Shown here piece after piece: positions 17,735 through 27,438 of a DNA stretch of 64,000 nt. The notes below the pieces were generated by a model. That model did no database searches. It saw only the letters and a program-made list of their open reading frames with translations, and had not been told where the DNA came from. Location: assembly GCA_964579265.1 (NCBI GenBank), contig CAZOFO010000001.1:15367-79366 (forward strand), given 5' to 3'. The position numbers and the translations under genes are program-made. This DNA comes from Candidatus Micrarchaeota archaeon. Its GTDB lineage: Archaea > B1Sed10-29. Each line of letters starts with the position of its first letter. Positions within the stretch are counted from its first letter, which is position 1.

Positions 17735-18282
17735 GTTTGAATCAACTTATAGAATATGAATGCTGTGGAAAAGTAAAATAGTATGCTCATAGGTATCCCT
17801 ATTACTGTTCCTATTAGACTCATTTTCGTTAGTCCTGCTATTATGCCTATTATTCCTGTTATTTTGAATATTTGTTCTAGTTTTTTACTTATTTTCTTTT
17901 CTTTCTTCTTTTTTTCATTCAAATTAACGAATGATATCCCTATCATGAATAGAGCTATTCCTTCTATTGCAAATCCAAAGATTAAGGGCAGTGTTATTGC
18001 TCCTATTATGCCTATTATCCCTGCGGTTTTAATTGTCCCTGAATCATCGTAGTCCTCACCAAATTTTATGATTCCTAGGTAAAAGAATATGTGTCCGAAT
18101 ATAGTTATTAGGAATAGTAGAAGAAGTATTAAAGACATATAAGCACTTCTTATGGTTGAGACAAGATTTTGGATTGCCAGTGATCTTATAGTTATTATTA
18201 TGCTGATAGCCAGGATCACTAGTAATATGTGGTTTATTCCTGCTATTAATCCTCCTAGACCACCTAATTTGTATGAGTTCAT
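17731..18282 (-). CDS. Multi-pass membrane protein (DUF996-like)
   Basis: KLGGLGGLI N-terminus and two repeated TAGIIGIIGA / ITGIIGIIAG helices. Confidence 0.55.
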   Translation of the reverse strand: MNSYKLGGLGGLIAGINHILLVILAISIIITIRSLAIQNLVSTIRSAYMSLILLLLFLITIFGHIFFYLGIIKFGEDYDDSGTIKTAGIIGIIGAITLPLIFGFAIEGIALFMIGISFVNLNEKKKKEKKISKKLEQIFKITGIIGIIAGLTKMSLIGTVIGIPMSILFYFSTAFIFYKLIQT

Positions 18283-18370
18283 TATCTACCTTCTCCTTTT
18301 GTAGAATATAAGAAAAAATTTTAGAAAGAGATAAAGGGTTTTTACTATTTATTGTGGGGTCGTTCTTTTT

Positions 18371-18655
18371 TTAATGCTCGAATTCTATTCCACCGACCCA
18401 GCCAGCGGCTATGTTGTAGAAAAATGCACTTAGAGCTCCTCCTATGAAGCCCCAGATTACTCCTCCTATTATTCCGCCTATTAGGCCTAGTGCTGCTCCT
18501 GCTCCTCCGAGCATTCCTACGCCTAGTGCTGCTCCTGCGGCTCCGAATCCTATTGCCATTATTATTCCGTAAATTATTCCCCATATTAGTCCTATTACTG
18601 CTCCTACTTTGGCTACTGACATTACGTCAAGTTTTTCTATTTCTATTGTTGGCAT
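18371..18655 (-). CDS. Small Gly-rich membrane protein (DUF3566-like)
   Basis: IEKLDVMSVAKV...FFYNIAAGWVGGIEFE; GGAGGTGA ribosome-binding site upstream. Confidence 0.7.
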   Translation of the reverse strand: MPTIEIEKLDVMSVAKVGAVIGLIWGIIYGIIMAIGFGAAGAALGVGMLGGAGAALGLIGGIIGGVIWGFIGGALSAFFYNIAAGWVGGIEFEH

Positions 18656-18735
18656 TTTAATTTCACCTCCGTTGGGTTTTTATTAGTCTTTATTTTTGGT
18701 CTAAATAAGACACTTGCTTTTTAAATACTTTTCTT

Positions 18736-19431
18736 TTATTCTTCTTTGAACACGTCTTCTTTTATTTTTCTTCTTCTTAGTATTGTTATTGCTCCGAAAG
18801 AGGTAAGTACTATACCTGCTATTATTCCTAGTATAATCAGGAATATTGATATTGATGGAATGGATAGTGGTTCCTGGATGAATTCTTGATGGTCGGGTAT
18901 TAAGCTCAGTGAATAGACGACTGAGATCAAGCCCACTAGAATTGTGGTTGCCGGTACTATTGATCCAAGAGGACCTATATCTTCTATTCTTTCCATGTTT
19001 TTCCTTAGTTGTTGGTATCCTTTTTCTGTTTCTCCTCTGAGTTGTTTTACTCTTTCTCTATTTTCATCTGCTTTTCTTTTTGGCTCTTGAATTTTGGAGT
19101 CCACTTCTTCTTTTATCTCGCTGAAGTTTAAGTTTATTTTTAGTTCTGTTTCCTCGAATGTATCCTTGACTTTTTCTTCAAATCTGTTTATCATCTCATC
19201 TGTCTTTTCTTCAAATAGTTTTTCTACTTTTCCTTCTAGTTTTTCTTGTAGGTAGTTATGGTACTCTTTACTGACTTTTTTATATACGTCCTCTGCTCTT
19301 TTCTCGCTTAATCCAACACTTTCCAAGGATTGTATTATCTCTTCCTCTGTTTTGTCTTCTACGAGCATCTCAAGAACTATTTTTGACAGGTCTTTCGAAC
19401 TTTTTTCTTCTACATTTTCTTCCGGAGACAT
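18736..19431 (-). CDS. Coiled-coil protein with two C-terminal TM helices
   Basis: Helical E/K-rich N-terminal region and two hydrophobic helices near the C-terminus. Confidence 0.7.
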   Translation of the reverse strand: MSPEENVEEKSSKDLSKIVLEMLVEDKTEEEIIQSLESVGLSEKRAEDVYKKVSKEYHNYLQEKLEGKVEKLFEEKTDEMINRFEEKVKDTFEETELKINLNFSEIKEEVDSKIQEPKRKADENRERVKQLRGETEKGYQQLRKNMERIEDIGPLGSIVPATTILVGLISVVYSLSLIPDHQEFIQEPLSIPSISIFLIILGIIAGIVLTSFGAITILRRRKIKEDVFKEE

Positions 19432-19532
19432 TGAATCACTTTATTTAAGTTTCATTTTTAAATCTATCTTTCTGTTATTCCTAATTGAATAAAAAACCCT
19501 TTCCTTTATATTACTTAACCTTTTTTTATTAA

Positions 19533-20762
19533 TTGATGAGCGAGGAACAAAATAACATTGAAAAGAGGAAGAAATCGAAGGAGGAAGAGTCTTCCGATTC
19601 AATTAAACCTCCTTCGATTGAGAAGAGTGAATTATCTGAGTCAGATAGAAAAAAGGATTTAGAGAAAGATAGGACTGAGGAAGATGAAGGAGAAAGTGAA
19701 ATCTCTTCTATTGATCTTTCTGATATGGAGAAGAAGATGGAATCTCGAGAAAATGATGAAGAAAGATCTAGGGATAAGGTAGAAGAGAGAGAAAGGAAAG
19801 ATGAAGTAAAATTAAAGGAAACAAGGAAAAAGGAATCTAAAACATCTGAAATTGAAAAAGATGAAGTGGAAACTTATCCAAAGGATAGAGTTCAAGGGAA
19901 AGGTAATGAAGATCTTTTTACTTCTGTTGGGATGGTTCCTTCTAAAGGAGAAAAGGATTTTGAAAAAGAGGATTTAGAGATACTTAAAGAGGATTCAGTG
20001 ATACTTGACAAGGAAAAGAAAAAAGAAATAAAAGAGATAAAGAGAAATGTATTCCACGGAGTTTTCAAAGGAAATTATGGAGAAATACCTTCAGAATTAG
20101 CTTACAAAGCAGCTTTAAAGGCTTCTGATAAAGGTTTAGATCCTTCCAGAGTACTTAGGACGCTTATTTACTATGAGGATGTTTCTGATAAGGCTTTTGA
20201 AAAGGCTTCTGATAAAAATCTAGATCCTGTTAGTGTAGCTAGAGTTATAGAGGAGTATGAAGATGATTACTGGGTCTTCGAAAAGGCTAAGGAATTGAGG
20301 ATGGATCCGGTTAAGGTCATGAGAGCTAAAAATAAATTTCCCGATGATTGGAAAAGTATACTGGAGAAGGCCAAAGAGACTGGATTTAATTACTTGGAAG
20401 TAGGTACAGTTAAGAAGAATTTGCCGGATTGTTTTGAAGAATCTCTGGAAAAAGCTTCTGATATGGATTTGAATTTATTTTCCACTGCTCTATGTATAAA
20501 GTTCCATGGAGAGAAACTGGAAGAGGTTCTGGAAAGAGCTAGGAGGAATAGAGTTGATCCTCATAAAGTTGCTTTAACTATGGATAATTTTGATGAAAGT
20601 ATAGTTAGAGATGCTCTAAATAAGGTTTGGGATACTGATCTTGATCTGTACTGGACGGCTAAGTGTATTGATGAGTACTCTGAGAAGAAAACTGAAAAGT
20701 TGTTGGAGATGGCTAAGGAAAGAGATGCTAATCCCTATATACTCAGTAGGATGTTAGCTTAA
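19533..20762 (+). CDS. Hypothetical protein: charged low-complexity N-terminus plus tandem helical repeats
   Basis: 409 aa ORF; about eight ~28 aa repeats of the form EKA-x4-(L/M/V)DP in the C-terminal half. Confidence 0.7.
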   Translation: MMSEEQNNIEKRKKSKEEESSDSIKPPSIEKSELSESDRKKDLEKDRTEEDEGESEISSIDLSDMEKKMESRENDEERSRDKVEERERKDEVKLKETRKKESKTSEIEKDEVETYPKDRVQGKGNEDLFTSVGMVPSKGEKDFEKEDLEILKEDSVILDKEKKKEIKEIKRNVFHGVFKGNYGEIPSELAYKAALKASDKGLDPSRVLRTLIYYEDVSDKAFEKASDKNLDPVSVARVIEEYEDDYWVFEKAKELRMDPVKVMRAKNKFPDDWKSILEKAKETGFNYLEVGTVKKNLPDCFEESLEKASDMDLNLFSTALCIKFHGEKLEEVLERARRNRVDPHKVALTMDNFDESIVRDALNKVWDTDLDLYWTAKCIDEYSEKKTEKLLEMAKERDANPYILSRMLA

Positions 20763-21794
20763 TAGTTTTACATCGAGCACTACTTCTTTTTTCCCTGGAG
20801 CATAGCTCAGTACTTCTCTCTTATCAAGTATTTCGAATTTTTCTATATGTCTCTCTATTTCCTGTTTTGGTTTTTCATAGTAGTTAGGTTCTTTCCCGAG
20901 TGAATAGTAATGTATTATTGCTTCTTCTGAAGTGTTTTTTAGAACGGAATCAAGGTATTCTTCCGAGTAGATTGGCATTGTCATTATCGCTCTGTCAAAT
21001 TCGTATCCTTTCAATTTCTTCACGTCTTTGTGAACTGGCTCTATTTTTTCTGTAAATCCATTTAGAAGGATGTTTTCTTCTAGGTATTCATACGCGTCTG
21101 GGTTTAGTTCTACTGCTGTTATATCTATATTTTTTTCTTTGTTTTTTTCAGCTATTACTAGTCCGAATGGACCCGTTCCTGCGAAGAGATACCCTATTTT
21201 CTCATCATCTTTCACTTTGTCCGCAATTATCTCTCTTTCTCTTGATAGTCTTGGGTTGAAGTACGATTTATTTAGGTCTACTTTTATTCTTACGCCATGT
21301 TCTTTATGGGTTGTTTCTGTTTTTTCTTTTCCCGCTATTGGGTATACTTTTCTGATTCTGTATCTTCCTTTTGTTTTTCTTTCTCTTTTACATACTGTTT
21401 CAACGTTTGGATGTACTTTCATTATTGCTTTTCCTATCTCTTTTTCTTTCTCTTGAAGTTCTTCAGGTATCTCTAGCACTGCTATTTTCCCTATTATGTC
21501 GAATGAAGTTACTAGTTTTTTCATTTCTTCTTCGTTGAATTTTTCTTTTAATGCTTGTTTCAGGCTTTTTGGTTTTCTGTTTTTTGATTTTATTTCTTCT
21601 TTTACTACTTTTACTTCTTTTTGTAGTTCTTTTTTTATTTTCTCTGGATTTGTGTTTTCTTTTAATGGGAATATTATTTTTCCTTCTTTTTTCTTTACTT
21701 TTTTATCCTGGTCTAGTGCCTTTTTTTCGATGAGTATTTTACGTATTTTTTCCGCTTTTTTCTTTGGTGTCTTTATGCAGTTGCGTTTCACCAT
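20754..21794 (-). CDS. trm5: Trm5/Met-10-family tRNA methyltransferase (m1G37 type)
   Basis: SFDIIGKIAV, THKEHG, YFNPRLSRER, LFAGTGPF and AVELNPDAY motifs. Confidence 0.85.
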   Translation of the reverse strand: MVKRNCIKTPKKKAEKIRKILIEKKALDQDKKVKKKEGKIIFPLKENTNPEKIKKELQKEVKVVKEEIKSKNRKPKSLKQALKEKFNEEEMKKLVTSFDIIGKIAVLEIPEELQEKEKEIGKAIMKVHPNVETVCKRERKTKGRYRIRKVYPIAGKEKTETTHKEHGVRIKVDLNKSYFNPRLSREREIIADKVKDDEKIGYLFAGTGPFGLVIAEKNKEKNIDITAVELNPDAYEYLEENILLNGFTEKIEPVHKDVKKLKGYEFDRAIMTMPIYSEEYLDSVLKNTSEEAIIHYYSLGKEPNYYEKPKQEIERHIEKFEILDKREVLSYAPGKKEVVLDVKLLS

Positions 21795-21845
21795 GAGTTA
21801 TATTTTATCATGTTCTCAATTAAATGTGTGGTATGGAGGATATCT

Positions 21846-22661
21846 ATGTTTATAGGTTCAGTAGCTGGATTTATTGAGAAGTATTATGTGGAGCCTATTG
21901 TGGAGGGGACTGGGTATAATGTAGTCAATACTCTAACCTATATATTTATACTGGCTTTGGTTGTATTTTTGGTGTTTAAAGCTCTTGATAGGCTTGATAT
22001 TGGTCTGGATAGAGATCTTTGGATTAACTTGATTCCTTTTGTTTTTCTTGGAGGCGTTTTAAGGGTTTTGATGGATTCAGGAACGTTTGAGTTTCTGGGT
22101 TCTTTCCGATATCTTTTTGTTTCTCCTATAATCTTCTTCTTGGTATTTTCCCTGGCTTTCCTACCTTTATTAATTGTTCACTACTTTGATTTAAATAGGA
22201 ATTATCTTGGTTTCTTTGGCCTTTTCTTGCTGTTTCTGTCTTCGGCAGGCGTATTATTTCAGATTGTCAGGCCTTTATTCTTTCTTTTGATTCTCGGGGT
22301 AGCTATCCTGGGTTGCTTCTTGACTTATTTCTTGTTAGCCTTTGGCTTGAATCTAGATAGGTTTAAGAATATAGTTAACTGGTCTCCTATCTTTGCTCAT
22401 TCTCTTGATGCTTCTTCCACGGCTATAGCAATTGGAGTTGTCGGTGGATACGCCGAGCAGCACGTGGTTCCTGCTCTTTTCTTTGAACATGTTTCTGTTT
22501 TCTTTTTCATTCCTCTGAAGTTAGCGATAGCTGCTGCTGCGGTCTATTACATAGATGAAGTTTTTTCTAAGAAGTGGTCCTGGATCTTGAAGTTCACTAT
22601 TTTCGTGGTCGGGCTTGGTCCCGGGGTTAGGAACGCTCTGGCTGTTTTGATGGGGGTTTAG
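21846..22661 (+). CDS. DUF63 family membrane protein
   Basis: GYNVVNTLTY, GGVLRVL, AHSLDASST, YAEQHVVP and VGLGPGVRN motifs; GGAGG upstream of ATG 21846. Confidence 0.8.
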   Translation: MFIGSVAGFIEKYYVEPIVEGTGYNVVNTLTYIFILALVVFLVFKALDRLDIGLDRDLWINLIPFVFLGGVLRVLMDSGTFEFLGSFRYLFVSPIIFFLVFSLAFLPLLIVHYFDLNRNYLGFFGLFLLFLSSAGVLFQIVRPLFFLLILGVAILGCFLTYFLLAFGLNLDRFKNIVNWSPIFAHSLDASSTAIAIGVVGGYAEQHVVPALFFEHVSVFFFIPLKLAIAAAAVYYIDEVFSKKWSWILKFTIFVVGLGPGVRNALAVLMGV

Positions 22662-22679
22662 AAGTCTTTTTTATTTAAT

Positions 22680-23543
22680 TCATTTTTTAGTTTGCCACCA
22701 GGCTTTGTTTTTTTCTTTTAGTTTTTTTAGTTTTGGTCTTTTTTCCGTTAGCGTTTTCTTTTTGTTTTTATATAGTACTCCTATTGGTATGTCTTTGTTT
22801 TTCTTTCCGCTGTTGGTGTTGTAGTCCCATTCTCTTGCTTTTTCCAGTGCTTTTTCTCTGTTTTTTGGATCGTGTCCATTTTCTTCTAGTTTGTACATGT
22901 TTCTTTCCAGGAACTCTTGCTTGTTGTTGTATATCAGGCAGGGGAAAGCCGTGTCTATCAGAGCGTATCCGTCGTGCTCCATTGCTTTCTTCAGAACTTC
23001 TTTCATGTGGTTCATTTCTTTTGGGTGTACTCTTGCTACGAAGCTTGCTTCCAGCTCTATGGCTAGTTTAAGAGGGTTGAGTGGTTGGTGAGGTGTTCCT
23101 TCTGGTTGTGCTTTTGATTTGAATCCTTCTTCGGATACTGGTGTGGCTTGTCCTGTTGTGAGTGCAAATACTTGGTTGTTGTGAACCACCATTGTGATAT
23201 CTGGGTTGTATCTGGCTGCGTGGATGAAGTGTGACATTCCTTCTGAGTAGGTGTCTCCGTCTCCACCGAATCCTATTACTTTTTGGTTTGGGTTTCCTAT
23301 TTTCAAGCCAAGGCATGTTGGCAGTACTCTTCCGTGGAGTGTGTATACTCCTCCTACGTTCAGGTAGTCGAACATCTTTCCGTGGCATCCTATCCCTGTT
23401 GCTATTGATATTTCTTCTCTATTTAGTTTTTTATTTTCTATTTTTTCTTCTATTGCTCTTTTTGCTGACTCCAGTACCATGTGGTTAGGGCATCCTGGGC
23501 ACCAGGTTGATTCTGCTTCTGTTCTAAGTTTTTTACCTGTCAT
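22680..23543 (-). CDS. 2-oxoacid:ferredoxin oxidoreductase beta subunit
   Basis: TWCPGC, TGIGC, LHGRVLP, GGDGD (TPP-binding) and NNQVFALTTGQ motifs. Confidence 0.93.
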   Translation of the reverse strand: MTGKKLRTEAESTWCPGCPNHMVLESAKRAIEEKIENKKLNREEISIATGIGCHGKMFDYLNVGGVYTLHGRVLPTCLGLKIGNPNQKVIGFGGDGDTYSEGMSHFIHAARYNPDITMVVHNNQVFALTTGQATPVSEEGFKSKAQPEGTPHQPLNPLKLAIELEASFVARVHPKEMNHMKEVLKKAMEHDGYALIDTAFPCLIYNNKQEFLERNMYKLEENGHDPKNREKALEKAREWDYNTNSGKKNKDIPIGVLYKNKKKTLTEKRPKLKKLKEKNKAWWQTKK

Positions 23544-25174
23544 TTTAATCGTTTTTTTATTTCTTTTTTGAGTTCGTCTGATTTGAATGGTCTTCCATCG
23601 TATTTTAGTATCTTATTCTCTTCTTTTACTTTGAATCTTGTTTTTTCAGTTACTAGGTTTCCTAAAGGTGCTTTTGAGTTGTTTTCTATTAATATGATGT
23701 TTTCTGCTTTTTCAATTTCTTTCTTTATCTCTTCTGGGAATGGTCTAAGGTACAGTATCTGTAGGAATTTTGCGTCAAGGTTTTTGATAGCGTCTTTTAT
23801 CGCTCCTTTAGTTGATCCCCAGCTTATTATTAAGTTATTTGAGTTTTCTTCTCCGTGTATTTTGTATCTTGTTTTTTCCTTCGCTTCTTTTTTGATTTCT
23901 TCTTCTTTTCTCAGTCTTTTATCCACCATTTCTTTTACTTCTTCCTGGTCTTCCGTTGTTATTCCTTTTTCATTGTGCTCGTAGCTTGTTGATTTCACAG
24001 TGTTTATTCCTGGTACTGTTCTTGGGCTATTTCCATCTTCTGTTTTTTGATAGTGGTTGTATAGTTTTTCTTTCTCTTCTAGATCTATGTTTCTTTCTGT
24101 TTTGTTTATTTCTGGTTTTTCTTTTACTGTGTATTTTGATTCTGCTAGATGTTTATCTGTTAATATTACTGATAATGATCTGTATTTTTCCGCGAAATGT
24201 AGGGCTTCTTCACTAGCTTTCATTGCTTCTTCCGGATCTCCTGGAGCTATCACTATCCTAGGTATATTTCCGTGGCTTCCTTTAACTGCTATTTCAAGGC
24301 CTCCTTGCCCTGTATAGGTAGGTACTCCTGATCCTTCTCCTTTTCTCTGTGCTAGATATACTGTTAGTGGTATTTCGCTGATTCCTTGCATGGATAGTGC
24401 TTCCTGCATCAGGTCATATCCTCCTCCTGATGATCCTATCATAGTTTTTGCTCCTGTATGACTGGCTCCTAGAGCTGCATTAGCTACTGATAATTCGTTT
24501 TCTGGTTGGAAAGTCATTATATTTTCTTTTTCTTGTTTTTTTGATAATATGTGTAGCATAGGGGTAGCTGGTGTCATTGGATAGGCGAAGTATAGGTCTA
24601 AACCTGCTTTTATTGCTCCTTCTGCTGAAGCTTTGCTTCCGTCCATTAATTCAAGTTCTTTTTCTTCGTCTTTTTTTATTTCCTTCAGATTTATTTCGTG
24701 GTTATCTGCTTTTTTATATCCTTCTCTTGCTGCTTCAATATTTTTCTGAACTATTTCTTGTTTTTTTCCTTTAAAGGCTTCTTCAATTGTTTGTTCAAGT
24801 TTTTCCAGTTCTATACCTGTTTTTTTGGCCAGTGAGCCGGTGTAGTACATGTTGATTGCTTTTCCATATCTTTTCTTTATTTCGCTTGAGTTTTCTTTTT
24901 TTATTTTAAAACCATTTTCTACTAGTCTTTCTCCGTGTTTGTCAATCGTTTTTCCGTCCAAACTTACTATTCCATCGATTTCTTCTTTGTGAGACTGTGT
25001 TTCTTGGTCTGATATTGATATTACGTCATAGTTGTGGTTTCCTCTTATCAGTGATCCGTAGTCTCTGTAAATAAATACGCTATAACCTAGTTTTACAAGT
25101 GTTTTACCTATTATAGAGGCTGTTTTATCTATTCCTTGTCCTGCTTTTCCTCCTATTAGTATATTAATTTCCAT
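23540..25174 (-). CDS. 2-oxoacid:ferredoxin oxidoreductase alpha subunit (gamma-alpha fusion)
   Basis: GGKAGQGI, YGSLIRG, AYPMTPAT, WGSTKGAI and LKYDGRPF motifs. Confidence 0.93.
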   Translation of the reverse strand: MEINILIGGKAGQGIDKTASIIGKTLVKLGYSVFIYRDYGSLIRGNHNYDVISISDQETQSHKEEIDGIVSLDGKTIDKHGERLVENGFKIKKENSSEIKKRYGKAINMYYTGSLAKKTGIELEKLEQTIEEAFKGKKQEIVQKNIEAAREGYKKADNHEINLKEIKKDEEKELELMDGSKASAEGAIKAGLDLYFAYPMTPATPMLHILSKKQEKENIMTFQPENELSVANAALGASHTGAKTMIGSSGGGYDLMQEALSMQGISEIPLTVYLAQRKGEGSGVPTYTGQGGLEIAVKGSHGNIPRIVIAPGDPEEAMKASEEALHFAEKYRSLSVILTDKHLAESKYTVKEKPEINKTERNIDLEEKEKLYNHYQKTEDGNSPRTVPGINTVKSTSYEHNEKGITTEDQEEVKEMVDKRLRKEEEIKKEAKEKTRYKIHGEENSNNLIISWGSTKGAIKDAIKNLDAKFLQILYLRPFPEEIKKEIEKAENIILIENNSKAPLGNLVTEKTRFKVKEENKILKYDGRPFKSDELKKEIKKRLK

Positions 25175-25397
25175 TTTTTCACTCTCTCAAATTTATTCGT
25201 TTTTTGTCGTTCTCCGTTGTTTGTGGTGATTTTATCATTGTTTTTTTAGTTTTAGAGGTTATTATTGGAAATCCTTCCTGATTTAAAAACTTTTTTGTCC
25301 ACAATAGACGGATTTTAGAGTTTTTGTTTCTAGATGTTTTTGAGTAAAGAACTTATTTATGGAGAAAGATAATCCAATTGTAGTTTTTGTTTTCTTT

Positions 25398-25469
25398 GCG
25401 CCGATGGTCTAGGGGTTACGACACGAGGTTCCCATCCTCGTAGCCCGGGTTCGATTCCCGGTCGGCGCA
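25398..25469 (+). tRNA. tRNA-Gly(CCC)
   Basis: Cloverleaf: GCGCCGA/TCGGCGC acceptor stem, CGAGG-TT CCC AT-CCTCG anticodon arm, GTTCGATTC T-loop. Confidence 0.95.
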
Positions 25470-25489
25470 TCTTTCTAGAGTTATTTAGT

Positions 25490-26401
25490 TTAACCAAAGA
25501 GTTTTTCCTTTATCTGCCCTAATAGTCCTTTTTTCTCTTCTGTTTTTTCTTCTATCCTTCTTACCGGACTCACTCCTTTCCCTTTTACCAATTCTTTGTC
25601 TTCTATTATTCTTCTGAGTCTTCTCTGCGGGTCACTTGCTTCTCCCTTCATTATTTTTTGAAATGTTTCTTCTGCTTCCTTTGGTTTATATTCTTCCAGC
25701 ATTTTCTTTGCTGCTTCCATTCCTCTCCTATTTGCATCTCCTTGTCTTAGTTTTGTTCTTCTTTCTAAATCTTCTATAACTTCCTTTTTACTTTCACCTT
25801 TCCTTATTCTAGTTATGCTGGTAAGATAAGATGCCATAGCTTCTTCCACTTTATGCGGAAGTTTTTTCCCTTTAAGCGCTTGATGTATCCCTTCATGCAT
25901 TTTAGCTATCTCTTTTGTTTTCTCGCTTTTTTCCGGGTTTATGTAGATGTATCTGCCTTTCTCTGTGTATCCTCCTTTTTGAGTTTTTCTTTCCTTCACT
26001 TTCTCTAGGAATTCGGATATTTCCCATTTTGCTTCTTTTTTCTTTGTGTCGGTCAATCCTAGTGCTGTTGGTGGGACTCTCACGACTTTTTTAGGGTCTA
26101 TCCCGTGTTTTTCACATATCTTTTCTATCTCTTCCTTTTCTTCCACTCCTTTTTTTCTTATCTCTGTTATTGCTCTATCCATTTTTTTGGGATCAATTCT
26201 TCCTTTAGCCATTATAGGTTCAGGATTTTTTAGAATATTTTCTTCTCTTATCTTGATTGAATCTGCTTCTTCTCCTGTTATGTTTTTTAATCTCTCTTTT
26301 AGAAATTTTTCGCTCTCTTCTTCTTTCTTTTCTACTCTTTTTTTTGCTCTTTTTATTCTTTTCTTCTTATTTTTTCTTTTTCCTTTCCGTTCTTGAACCA
26401 T
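25490..26401 (-). CDS. Basic hypothetical protein with HExxH (zincin-like) motif
   Basis: YIYINPE...MHEGIHQAL...EEAMA; probable start MVQER at 26401. Confidence 0.6.
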   Translation of the reverse strand: MVQERKGKRKNKKKRIKRAKKRVEKKEEESEKFLKERLKNITGEEADSIKIREENILKNPEPIMAKGRIDPKKMDRAITEIRKKGVEEKEEIEKICEKHGIDPKKVVRVPPTALGLTDTKKKEAKWEISEFLEKVKERKTQKGGYTEKGRYIYINPEKSEKTKEIAKMHEGIHQALKGKKLPHKVEEAMASYLTSITRIRKGESKKEVIEDLERRTKLRQGDANRRGMEAAKKMLEEYKPKEAEETFQKIMKGEASDPQRRLRRIIEDKELVKGKGVSPVRRIEEKTEEKKGLLGQIKEKLFG

Positions 26402-26566
26402 GTTTAGAATTAGTTCTCCAATGTTTAAAAACTTTTTGCAAAATATTTTTAAGAGATTTAGAAAAAAGACTATATAGATGTAAAAATGGATGTAATAAAA
26501 ATTAAAAACCAAATGAGATTCAAAGAACTTGGTTTGTTTTTCTAGTTTTCTACTTTATCTTTTTCT

Positions 26567-26788
26567 TTATTCTACTACTTTTCCTACTGCGCTTCTTGCT
26601 CTTACTTCTTCTATTTCTATTTCGACTTTTTGTCCTTCGTTGGCTTCAGGTACGAATACAACGAAGTTTTCTACTTTGGCTACGCCGTCTCCTTCTTTTC
26701 CTTCACCAATAATTTCTACTTCGTATGTTTCTCCTTCTTCTACTGGTTTCTCTAAGCTGAAGCCAAAATCTTCTTCATCTTCTGCCAT
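26567..26788 (-). CDS. Single TRAM-domain RNA-binding protein
   Basis: KPVEEGETYEVEI...GKEGDGVAKVENFVVFVP; GGAGGT ribosome-binding site before ATG 26788. Confidence 0.9.
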   Translation of the reverse strand: MAEDEEDFGFSLEKPVEEGETYEVEIIGEGKEGDGVAKVENFVVFVPEANEGQKVEIEIEEVRARSAVGKVVE

Positions 26789-26943
26789 TCTTTTACCTCC
26801 TTTCTTTCTTTTAGAAGAATATTCTTTACATTTATTAGGAAGCTTCTGTTTAAAAAACATCAGGGGTTTTGGAAAAATACTTAAAATAAACAGGTATAAA
26901 TAAGCAAAATTTTTATAAAGAGGAGTCCTTTAATCTAAATGAG

Positions 26944-27246
26944 GTGGAGAATATTAATGAAAAGAAATTAAAGAAATTAAGGAAAATGCAAAGAACACCA
27001 AATATCCCAGAAAAAAAGAAAACAAAAAAGAAAAAGAAAGGAAAAAAGTTTCCTAAATGGTTCACAGAAAAAGAGAAACTTAGCAAAAAAGAATCTTTTG
27101 TAGCTCAAAATTTTCCAAAAGAGATGTGGAAGAAAATAGGAGATCCAAAAAAGAAGTCCATGGATGAACTTCAAAAGATGTACATTAATAAAGAAGAAAA
27201 AAAATTGGATAAGATAAAAGAACAGCAAAGAAAGAAAAAAGAGTGA
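26944..27246 (+). CDS. Lys-rich hypothetical protein
   Basis: 100 aa ORF with A-rich codon usage and GTG start; no motif recognised. Confidence 0.55.
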   Translation: MENINEKKLKKLRKMQRTPNIPEKKKTKKKKKGKKFPKWFTEKEKLSKKESFVAQNFPKEMWKKIGDPKKKSMDELQKMYINKEEKKLDKIKEQQRKKKE

Positions 27247-27438
27247 GAAAATGATCTCCAAAAATAATAAAGGACCCAAGAGACCTTCAAGAAGGCCTGA
27301 GAGGCCAAAACCTCTAGAACCACCAGAACCTCTTAAGAATAACTCCAGTGATAAAAAGCTTCTCTAGAAGTATCTGGATAAAGTCAGTACCTTGAAAAAC
27401 TAACTCTACCCGAATTATATCTATTAGGAGAAAGAGAT

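Noticed and set aside
27251..27367. 38-aa Pro-rich ORF (MISKNNKGPKRPSRRPERP...)
   Set aside because: Short, no motif and weak ribosome-binding site; cannot be supported from sequence alone.
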